From assembly GCA_003251775.1 (NCBI GenBank), contig QKEK01000012.1:4393-68392 (forward strand): a DNA stretch of 64,000 nt, read 5' to 3'. Every line of letters starts with the position of its first letter. The stretch's first letter is position 1. Made by a program: the position numbers and the translations under genes. The notes beneath the pieces were generated by a model. The model was given only the letters and a program-made list of their open reading frames with translations. It ran no database searches and was not told where the DNA came from. The DNA is from Clostridia bacterium (GTDB taxonomy: Bacteria > Bacillota > Clostridia > DSM-8532 > SZUA-474). Positions 17,329 to 25,409 of the stretch are shown piece by piece.

Positions 17329-19611
17329 TTGGGTAGATTTTGTTTGACACCTATAGAAATCAATGTTTTTCTATATATTGTGTTGAAAAAAAACCGATTG
17401 TTAAAAAATATTTTCATCTCTTTTTTTGCTTCCATTTTTTTTATCCTTGTCTGCTTTCTCGCAATAAACATCTACTATTTGGGAATGATAAAAAAGAATA
17501 CAATTGAACAGTATACAGAAACCTTAAACAAACTAGCCTATGAGATTGAGTCCAGCCTGCTTGAAGCAGAGATGGCTGCAGCTTTATTAACAATGCACCC
17601 TCAGGTTTCGTCCCTGTTATTTTATCGTGGAAAACTTGAATTACCTGTCTATGGAGATTTAAATGATATTAGATCTTTATTAATAAGATTTAGGGCTTCC
17701 TCATCACTTATTTATACATCTTATATATTTATTAGAGATAATAACCTTGTTATTTCCTCGGATGGTTCAATGGAACTAGACTATTTTTTGAATAAATACG
17801 ATAGAACTTACAATTCCTCAGAGAATCCATTCGAAAAAAATAAATCTGGAAGCAGTAATGTCGAAATTTTATCTGTAAGTAAGATAAAAACAAATAATGA
17901 AAAGATTTCTGCAAATGTAATACCATATATATGTTACAGAATAGAGGATAACTATTTTTATAATCCTATTGTAATTGAGTTTAGTGTTGAAAAAATAAAA
18001 GATAAACTTAATGAGTTTGCATTAACAAAAAATAGCTATCTTACAATTGAAGATAGTTTTAATAGTATAAATATTAATAACTATCAAGATCAGAATCCGG
18101 AAATTTCTCCTGGTATAGATGTTAGTATCTCTCCCAGAGAAAATATTATAGGTAATTGGACATATTCTGTACATGTACCCTATGCAGACTTTTTATATCC
18201 TTTTATAAAGCAGATAATATTTCCATTCATAATAATTATTATGGGGTTAATAGTTTCCATATATCTTGTTTATCTATTTACAGGAAAAATTTATACACCT
18301 ATTAGAAAAATTCTGGAAGCTCTATCTGTTAGTAACACTTCTCAAGACAGAAAAGTTGGGGATCTTGACTTTTTAAATAATCAGGTAAAGGAGATTCTAG
18401 TCGCTAATTCAAGAATGAAAAAGGAGATAAATCAGGTCTTTCCATTTGTATGTGAAAGGTATTTACTTAGCATATTGAATAGTAATAATTTGTTTAATGA
18501 GAAGGAATTAAAAAAATTTTTAACTGAACATGGGTTCAAGTTTGACAATAGTAATTACTCAGTAATTTTAACATCTGTTCATTTTACAAAGAATTTTTAC
18601 TCCCATTATTCCAGTGAAGATAAATCTAATATCTGTCATAAAATACTTTTAACATCCGGGGATATCCCCAATCCAGATATAAAAACCTACTCACTGTTTA
18701 TTGGAACTGACCAGGTTTGTACAATTCTTAATATAAAAAATCAAATTGATCAGAAAGAAATAATTGAGTATGTTGATTTTTTTCATAAAAAGCTTGAATT
18801 GGATAAAAATTATATAAGAGTAACCAGCGGGATTAGTAATGTTTATTCTGAACTGATTGGGTTGCATACAGCATTTAAAGAAGCAAAAAAGGCATCAACA
18901 TTAGTGTATTCTTCCAGTTCTGAAAATTTTGGAGTTTATAGAAATGATGGTGTGCATGAGTATACTTTATATAAAGAGAATAAATTATTTAATTTTCTAT
19001 TGAGCGGTAATCAAAACTCTGTTAATAAACTACTGGATGAATTACTCTTACGGAATATTAATGATGAAAATCAGGAAACTGAATGGAGACTTTTGTTTCT
19101 TCAAATGTATAACACTGGAATTAGAGCTCTTGAGGTAAAAAATATTACAGAATCAGAATTAATGGATAGGGATATTCTTGATATTCAATCTTGTGTTGAT
19201 AGCTCTAAAAGGATTGAGCTTTACAATTATATAAAACTTTTTTTTGAAAACATCCTTGAAAAGGGGGGAGTATTTTCTGGTAATAACTCATTTAATGAAA
19301 TAAAAAAATATATTGATGAAAATTACTGCTCAGATATTTATCTTGACAAAATTGGCGAAAAATTTGACATAACAGCAAAATATGCATCAAAATTAATTAA
19401 AAAAGAGTTGGGGATGCCTTTTCAGAAATATATTTCTAGATTAAGGATCTCAAAGGCAAAGGAGTTTTTAACAGAAACTGAGTTAACAATAAATGAAATC
19501 TCTCAAAAAACTGGTTTTAACAGCAGGCATCCTTTTTTGAGAACTTTTAAACAATATGAGGGGATTACACCATCTGAATACAGGAGTATTATTGAAAGTA
19601 ATCAGTTCTAA
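17329..19611 (+). CDS. Membrane-anchored AraC/XylS-family transcriptional regulator with a large N-terminal sensor region
   Basis: C-terminal double HTH (ISQKTGFNSRHPFLRTFKQYEGITPSEYR) and two TM segments flanking a domain of about 270 aa. The start is uncertain: the ORF-track TTG at 17329, or in-frame GTG 17380 or TTG 17383. Confidence 0.8.
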   Translation: MGRFCLTPIEINVFLYIVLKKNRLLKNIFISFFASIFFILVCFLAINIYYLGMIKKNTIEQYTETLNKLAYEIESSLLEAEMAAALLTMHPQVSSLLFYRGKLELPVYGDLNDIRSLLIRFRASSSLIYTSYIFIRDNNLVISSDGSMELDYFLNKYDRTYNSSENPFEKNKSGSSNVEILSVSKIKTNNEKISANVIPYICYRIEDNYFYNPIVIEFSVEKIKDKLNEFALTKNSYLTIEDSFNSININNYQDQNPEISPGIDVSISPRENIIGNWTYSVHVPYADFLYPFIKQIIFPFIIIIMGLIVSIYLVYLFTGKIYTPIRKILEALSVSNTSQDRKVGDLDFLNNQVKEILVANSRMKKEINQVFPFVCERYLLSILNSNNLFNEKELKKFLTEHGFKFDNSNYSVILTSVHFTKNFYSHYSSEDKSNICHKILLTSGDIPNPDIKTYSLFIGTDQVCTILNIKNQIDQKEIIEYVDFFHKKLELDKNYIRVTSGISNVYSELIGLHTAFKEAKKASTLVYSSSSENFGVYRNDGVHEYTLYKENKLFNFLLSGNQNSVNKLLDELLLRNINDENQETEWRLLFLQMYNTGIRALEVKNITESELMDRDILDIQSCVDSSKRIELYNYIKLFFENILEKGGVFSGNNSFNEIKKYIDENYCSDIYLDKIGEKFDITAKYASKLIKKELGMPFQKYISRLRISKAKEFLTETELTINEISQKTGFNSRHPFLRTFKQYEGITPSEYRSIIESNQF

Positions 19612-19707
19612 TGTTTATTGAATACTTTAGTATTTGTGTGAATTTTGTTAAGTTCTTTTTTAATGTTGCAACTTTGTAATAAATGTTGTTATCATACGGC
19701 TATATAA

Positions 19708-20169
19708 TTGGAGGATTTTTTGTTTACAAATGTTGTAATTTTTACCGGCCTAGCATCTACCTTTATTGCCCAAATAATAAAAGTTGTTTCTATACTGGTT
19801 ACAGAAAGACGATTTGCTTGGGATAGAATAGCATCAACTGGTGGTATGCCTTCTTCACACTCTGCAGGAGTTGTAGCAGTTGCTACTTCTATAGGTATTA
19901 TGGATGGATGGGGCTCAACAACCTTTGCTGTTGCAGCTACATTAGCCCTGGTTGTAATGTATGATGCAACAGGAGTTAGAAGAGCAGCCGGACTTCATGC
20001 AGAATACTTAAATGTAATTGTTAAGGAACTTTCACATATATTTAAACAGGATGGTCATGAACAAAAAGCACTAAAAACTCTGCTTGGTCATACCTACCTT
20101 CAGGTTATAGCAGGTATGCTTCAAGGAATTCTTGTTGCCTGTTTTGTTCAGTTTGTTCTTTTAAAATAG
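19708..20169 (+). CDS. Divergent PAP2 / acid-phosphatase-vanadium-haloperoxidase-related membrane protein (DUF212, YuiD-like)
   Basis: GGMPSSHSA and YDATGVRRAAG motifs. An alternative start is TTG 19720, downstream of GGAGG. Confidence 0.8.
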   Translation: MEDFLFTNVVIFTGLASTFIAQIIKVVSILVTERRFAWDRIASTGGMPSSHSAGVVAVATSIGIMDGWGSTTFAVAATLALVVMYDATGVRRAAGLHAEYLNVIVKELSHIFKQDGHEQKALKTLLGHTYLQVIAGMLQGILVACFVQFVLLK

Positions 20170-21669
20170 ATTCTTATCCTTAAGAATAGTTGTAATTACT
20201 TCCGCTTCATTCCATGGTCTGCTTCCATCTGGATACACCATGGTTGATTCGTGACCCTTCCCAAGAGTCATTATCATATCACCCTTTTGTGCAATCTCAA
20301 TAGCTTTGGTTATTGCGGATTTCCTGTCTGGAATTATGTAGAGGGATTTTTCTAACTCCTTGTTTTTAATTCCATCTTTTATATCATTAATAATTTTTAG
20401 TGAATCTTCCAGCCTTGGATCTTCATCTGTCAAAATTATTACATCTGCATATTTATCTGCAATTTCTCCCTGAACTGATCTTTTAGCTATATCTCTCTCC
20501 CCAGCAGAACCAAAAACAACAATTAGGCGACCACTAATACTTTTTTTAATGGAGGGCAAAACTTTTTCGAAGGAACCCGGTGTGTGGGCGTAGTCCACAA
20601 CAATAGCAAAATCCCCGGTTGTAGGAACAGGGTTGAGTCTTCCTTTAACACTCACTAATTCAGGTATATAGTTTAAAATTTCATCCCAGGAAATATTTGC
20701 AATATAGTGAACTGTTAATACTGCTGCCATCATATTTTCAATATTAAACTGCCCAGGAAGATTTAATCGAACATTATTCCTCTTATTATTAAAATTCAGT
20801 GTAAAACTGCAACCCCTTGAGTCCAGCTCTATGTTATTTGCATACAGCGTTGCATTTGAATCTTTTAAACTGTAGGTGTATACAGGTTTATCACCACTAT
20901 ATTTTATAAAATTGTTACATTCTGGATCATCCAGATTTACAACTCCGAATACATTACTTTTTGAACTTTTGCCAAGCTTTCTAAAAAGATTTCCTTTATC
21001 TGATCTGTATTGCTCCAGTGTTCCGTGAAACTCCAGATGTTCCTGGGTAATATTTGTTAAAACACCGACATTAAAATCTACATCTTTTAATCTGCATGTT
21101 TTGTCAGAAAGTCCGTGACTTGTTGATTCCACAATTGCGTACTCTTTACCCTTATTAATCATCTCCCTTAATATGGCATGTATCTGGGAAGCTTCAGGAG
21201 TTGACTGTCTGAGAACATTCTTTTCAACTGTTTTTCCACTTTTGTAACTGATAGTAGAAATATAGCCCGACTCTCTTCCTGATAGTTCCAGTAACTGATC
21301 GATTAAAGAGACTGTAGTACTTTTACCATCTGTTCCTGTAACTCCAATAACTTTTATTTCTGCTGATGGATTACAATATAGTGCAGAGGAAAATGAGGAC
21401 AGAGCCTCTTTAGTATCCTTTACTTTTATATAAACAACATCACTATTGTAATCTTTTATATCATCGCTGAAGCAAACTGCTTTAGCTCCGGATCTTATGG
21501 CTGTATCTATAAAATTATGGCCATCAGTATGTATCCCCTTTAAGGCAAAAAAAAGTGTTCCGGTGCTTACTCGACGTGAGTCAAACTCAATATTTGTTAT
21601 TTCCGGATCCAGGTGTCCTATCTTTTCAATATAATTTTTAGAATTTTCAAGTAGTGTAGTTATTTTCAT
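20161..21669 (-). CDS. murE: UDP-N-acetylmuramoyl-L-alanyl-D-glutamate--diamino-acid ligase
   Basis: GVTGTDGKSTT P-loop and the Mur ligase body. At the specificity motif position it reads TDEDPR. Confidence 0.95.
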   Translation of the reverse strand: MKITTLLENSKNYIEKIGHLDPEITNIEFDSRRVSTGTLFFALKGIHTDGHNFIDTAIRSGAKAVCFSDDIKDYNSDVVYIKVKDTKEALSSFSSALYCNPSAEIKVIGVTGTDGKSTTVSLIDQLLELSGRESGYISTISYKSGKTVEKNVLRQSTPEASQIHAILREMINKGKEYAIVESTSHGLSDKTCRLKDVDFNVGVLTNITQEHLEFHGTLEQYRSDKGNLFRKLGKSSKSNVFGVVNLDDPECNNFIKYSGDKPVYTYSLKDSNATLYANNIELDSRGCSFTLNFNNKRNNVRLNLPGQFNIENMMAAVLTVHYIANISWDEILNYIPELVSVKGRLNPVPTTGDFAIVVDYAHTPGSFEKVLPSIKKSISGRLIVVFGSAGERDIAKRSVQGEIADKYADVIILTDEDPRLEDSLKIINDIKDGIKNKELEKSLYIIPDRKSAITKAIEIAQKGDMIMTLGKGHESTMVYPDGSRPWNEAEVITTILKDKNLF

Positions 21670-21934
21670 AAATAAACATTATGTTAATTTCCTTATAAAA
21701 ATACAATACATTTTTTTTATTCTACTCCTTGTAACAAATTATCAGCAAAGATGAGGGAATAATTGTGAATTTTTGAATCTTAATTATCTAAAGAGTAAAA
21801 TATTGCATTTAGTAATATAAATATATTGTTTCAATTGCTACAGCTATTATTCATTGCCATATAATTATCTGGGGTATATACTGTATGCAAAATAGTGAAT
21901 ATTTTTTTATAGAGTAAAATACTAGGAGAATAAG

Positions 21935-23125
21935 TTGAGGATAGCGCACAGAATTAACAAACTTGGGACAGAAACCGCATTTTCTGTATCTCAAGAGGCA
22001 AACAATTTAAAGGCTCAGGGAAAAACGGTATACCCGTTTCATTTAGGTGATATTAATATTATAACACCAAAAAATGTTATTGATACATGTAATGATGCAA
22101 TGAACAAGGGAATAACAGGGTATACTTCGAACTATGGTTTAACAGCTTTAAGAGAGACATTGGCAGAGGATATAAATAAATCCCGAGGTACAAGCTACAC
22201 TTTAGATAATGTTACTATTCAACCAGGTGGAAAACCGGTAATTGGTAAATTTATAATGGCACTAATGAATCCGGGGGATGAAGTTTTATATCCAAATCCT
22301 GGGTATCCAATATATGAAAGTATGATCGAATTTCATGGAGGAACTGGTTTAGCCTATGGTTACAAAGAGGGTAAAACCAATTTTGAGATAGATTTTGATG
22401 ACTTGGAAAGCAAAATTACTGACAAAACAAAAATTCTTGTATATAACAACCTACACAATCCTACAGGAGCTGAGTCTTCTGATGAGGAGATGGAGAGAAT
22501 TGCTAAGCTTGTTGTAAAACATGATCTTTATGTTCTATGTGACGAAGCTTATTTTGACTTAAGATATCATGGAGATTCAAAATCATTAACTTCCTATCCT
22601 GGAATGGAAGAGAGATGTGTAATTCTTTATACATTCAGTAAAAAATTCTCAATGACAGGTTGGAGATTAGGTGCAGCAATAGCTCCAAAGGAGATTAGCG
22701 AAGTAATTGCAAAATTAAATCTAAATGATGAATCATGTACAAATCATTTTATTCAGTATGCAGCGATTGAAGCAATAACCGGGGATCAGTCAGGTTCTAA
22801 ACAGATAATAAGTAGTTTAAAGAAAAGAAGAGATCTCTGTGTTGAGATGCTTAATGCTATTGATGGTGTAAGTTGTTTCTCTCCAAATGCTACATTTTAT
22901 CTTTTCCCAAATGTAACCGGAGTTATGGATAGAAAGGGTTATACCAGTTATGAAGATTTTAGAAAGGATGTCCTATATAACACAGGAGTTTCATTTTGTA
23001 CAAGACTTCACTTTGGTAGAGCAAAAGCTGACGAAAAAAATAAGTATATCAGATTTGCTTACTCAGGAATCGATGAGAAGGATATTATTGAAGGATTAAC
23101 TAAACTTCAGGAATTCCTGAAATAA
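21935..23125 (+). CDS. Class I/II PLP-dependent aminotransferase (aspartate aminotransferase-like)
   Basis: PLP-lysine motif SKKFSMTGWRLGA and NPTG. TTG start with AGGAG 7 nt upstream. Confidence 0.9.
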   Translation: MRIAHRINKLGTETAFSVSQEANNLKAQGKTVYPFHLGDINIITPKNVIDTCNDAMNKGITGYTSNYGLTALRETLAEDINKSRGTSYTLDNVTIQPGGKPVIGKFIMALMNPGDEVLYPNPGYPIYESMIEFHGGTGLAYGYKEGKTNFEIDFDDLESKITDKTKILVYNNLHNPTGAESSDEEMERIAKLVVKHDLYVLCDEAYFDLRYHGDSKSLTSYPGMEERCVILYTFSKKFSMTGWRLGAAIAPKEISEVIAKLNLNDESCTNHFIQYAAIEAITGDQSGSKQIISSLKKRRDLCVEMLNAIDGVSCFSPNATFYLFPNVTGVMDRKGYTSYEDFRKDVLYNTGVSFCTRLHFGRAKADEKNKYIRFAYSGIDEKDIIEGLTKLQEFLK

Positions 23126-23324
23126 TTAGAAATTGCTCCACTCTGTAAATATTAAAAAATAATGGAGTGGAGTACTGAATTAAACCATAATTACAGTAAA
23201 ACCAATATTTCCCCATAAGTATAAATATCTATTATCAGATTTGTTCATAATTCAATACTCATACATAAACAACATTGGATTAATATTTATAAAACCAGTA
23301 AGCAGAGAAGAACAAATTAGGTTC

Positions 23325-23353
23325 TTGTTAAGAAGCACAACTTAGTGTTATAT
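23325..23353 (+). promoter_or_regulatory. Candidate promoter of the T-fold/methyltransferase operon
   Basis: TTGTTA (23325-23330), 17 nt, TTATAT (23348-23353). A GAGG RBS precedes ATG 23391. Confidence 0.35.
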
Positions 23354-23390
23354 TAAATTTAGTAACATAGCTATTACAAGTGAGGTATTT

Positions 23391-23756
23391 ATGTATTATT
23401 TGGAAGTTGAAGCTGAATTTTCAGCAGCACTCTATCTCTCAAATTGTAGTGATAAGTATAGAGGGATGCATGGTCATGACTTTATTGTTTCACTTGTTCT
23501 AAAAAGTAATAATCTGCATTACGGAATGGTTTATGATTATGATAAAATCTTGAACCTTTTAAATAAAGTAACAGAAACAGTGAACTTTCAACTATTAAAT
23601 GATAACTCATATTTTATGGAAAAAAATCCTACATTGGAAAATATGGCAAAATATTTCTATGATCAACTGGTTAGCGAAGCTGGAGATTTACCGGTTTATG
23701 AAGTTAAAATTAAACAAACTAAGGGATTTTCGGCTACTTTCAGGCCTCAGGTTTAA
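23391..23756 (+). CDS. 6-pyruvoyl-tetrahydropterin synthase/QueD-fold (T-fold) protein, predicted non-catalytic
   Basis: 121 aa and colinear with E. coli QueD as I recall it. The HGH and NPT..E..AK...DQ landmarks are kept. The catalytic Cys, one Zn-binding His, the His pair and the Glu are substituted. Confidence 0.7.
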   Translation: MYYLEVEAEFSAALYLSNCSDKYRGMHGHDFIVSLVLKSNNLHYGMVYDYDKILNLLNKVTETVNFQLLNDNSYFMEKNPTLENMAKYFYDQLVSEAGDLPVYEVKIKQTKGFSATFRPQV

Positions 23757-25408
23757 TGTTAGACACCCCATATTTAACAAAGCAGTTAATTGCCTACATA
23801 GGTAATAAAAGATCTCTTTTACCCTTCCTGTCCAATATTTTTAACAGTTTGGAATTAGGAGAAAATGTAAAATTTCTCGATCCATTTGCAGGTTCCGGGG
23901 CTGTTTCCAGATTGGCAAAAAGTGCCGGTTTTAATGTATATACAAATGACTGGGAGTACTACTCCTATATAGTTAACAGCTGTTATATCGGTGTTAATAA
24001 ATCCACAAGCCAGGAGCTTTTTAAGGATAGAGGTGGATTAAAAAAAGTATTTAAAGAGTTTGAATCTTTAAAGAATGAATTTTTACCCTATGTTAGCAGA
24101 TATTATGCCCCAAAAGAGACAGATAGTGCAGACTATATAACAGAGCGACTTTTTTACACCAGAGAGAATGCTGTTTTTATAGACAGAGCAAGAAGTTTAA
24201 TAGAGGAATTTTTTCCGCATGGTAATCTGGATAAAAATCAGCAGGATGAAAAAAACATACTTTTAGCATCACTTTTATATGAAGTCTCCACCCATGCAAA
24301 TACATCTGGAGTTTTTAAAGCTTGTCATAAAGGTTTTGGTGGTCATGGTAAGGATGCATTAGGGCGAATAATGGCGCCCATGAAAATGGAAATCCCATAC
24401 TTAATAGATAGTAAATATGATAACAGAGTTTCCAGAATGGATGCAAAAGAGTTTGTTAAGGGTAAGAGTGCAGATATATGCTATCTTGACCCTCCTTATA
24501 ATACTCACCAGTATGGTAGCAACTATTTTATGCTAAATACTGTAGCTCGCTGGGATAAACCGGATGTTAACCAGAGTAGAGGTAGGGATGGTCGATTTAT
24601 AGAAAAATCAGGAATAAGAAAAGATTGGGAAAATACTAAAAGTCCATATTGTTATAAAAAATTGGCACCAGGTTCATTTAAGGAATTAATGGATAGTATA
24701 GACTCAAGATATATAATGTTAAGTTATAACACAGAGGGTATTATACCATTTAATCAGTTATTTGATATTATGGAAGAGCATGGAAAAGTTGATCTTCATG
24801 TAAAGGATTACACCCTGTACAGAGGAGGTAAGCAGAGCCTTGAGCGAAAAAATCATAATATGGAACTCCTACTGGTTGTAGATAGAAAAAAGAAACCAGA
24901 TGGGAAAGACAGACACTCAGTAGAAAGGTTTCTTACAGAGAGAAAAGTTCTAACTATGTTAAAACAGCCCTACTGCCCGGATAAAATAGACTCAATATTC
25001 AGTATAAAAAACGATAAATGTTCTCTTAGTAATAATATTGAGCCAATTAAAATGTTTAAAAGATATCAGTTTACTCAGACCCCTAAGGATTTATCAGCTA
25101 TTTCCCTTGGAGAGTTGGATAAATTACATAGCGATTTGAATATGGCTTGCTGTACTGATAATTACGAAGAGTTTCTGGTTTTAATCTCATTACTTGAGAA
25201 AGAGTATGATAACAAGAGTATAAAAAGAATCCAGAAGAGGATTTTGGTTGTCTATAAAAAACTAGCCTTTAAAAAGTACAAGGATATTTTTATTAAAGCA
25301 GGTGAAATAATTAGTAAAAAAATAGAGGAAAGTGATCAGAAGTATCTGGAGATTTCAGATAAGATTACCAATATAAACGAAATAGCTAAGTTGAGATTTG
25401 AGGGATAG
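23756..25408 (+). CDS. D12-class (Dam/FokI-N-domain-like) N6-adenine DNA methyltransferase with a C-terminal extension
   Basis: YIGNKRSLLPFL, SAM motif LDPFAGSGAV and catalytic DPPY (ICYLDPPYNTHQYGSNY). The MLSYNTEG block resembles the M.FokI N-terminal domain as I recall it. The ATG overlaps the upstream stop (TAATG). Confidence 0.85.
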   Translation: MLDTPYLTKQLIAYIGNKRSLLPFLSNIFNSLELGENVKFLDPFAGSGAVSRLAKSAGFNVYTNDWEYYSYIVNSCYIGVNKSTSQELFKDRGGLKKVFKEFESLKNEFLPYVSRYYAPKETDSADYITERLFYTRENAVFIDRARSLIEEFFPHGNLDKNQQDEKNILLASLLYEVSTHANTSGVFKACHKGFGGHGKDALGRIMAPMKMEIPYLIDSKYDNRVSRMDAKEFVKGKSADICYLDPPYNTHQYGSNYFMLNTVARWDKPDVNQSRGRDGRFIEKSGIRKDWENTKSPYCYKKLAPGSFKELMDSIDSRYIMLSYNTEGIIPFNQLFDIMEEHGKVDLHVKDYTLYRGGKQSLERKNHNMELLLVVDRKKKPDGKDRHSVERFLTERKVLTMLKQPYCPDKIDSIFSIKNDKCSLSNNIEPIKMFKRYQFTQTPKDLSAISLGELDKLHSDLNMACCTDNYEEFLVLISLLEKEYDNKSIKRIQKRILVVYKKLAFKKYKDIFIKAGEIISKKIEESDQKYLEISDKITNINEIAKLRFEG

Positions 25409-25409
25409 A

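Noticed and set aside
21792-21921. 11-mer AGAGTAAAATA twice in the aminotransferase leader (21792 and 21911), and again at 43264
   Set aside because: In so AT-rich a sequence I cannot show this exceeds chance without a k-mer count. There is no palindromic or phased structure. A genome-wide k-mer enrichment test would be needed to revive it.
23136-23172. CTCCACTC...GAGTGGAG inverted repeat after the aminotransferase gene, considered as a terminator
   Set aside because: The 8-bp stem is separated by a 21-nt A-rich loop and no U tract follows. This is too weak to call an intrinsic terminator.
23599-23805. 68-aa ORF spanning the T-fold/methyltransferase junction
   Set aside because: It is out of frame with two supported genes and has no independent signal.
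23391-25408. Reading the locus as a classical restriction-modification system or as part of queuosine / 7-deazaguanine (Dpd) biosynthesis
   Set aside because: No endonuclease-like ORF lies within several kb on either side. No queC, queE, folE, tgt or dpdA genes are in the window. The QueD-like protein lacks its catalytic residues, so neither known model fits, and I report it as an open question instead.
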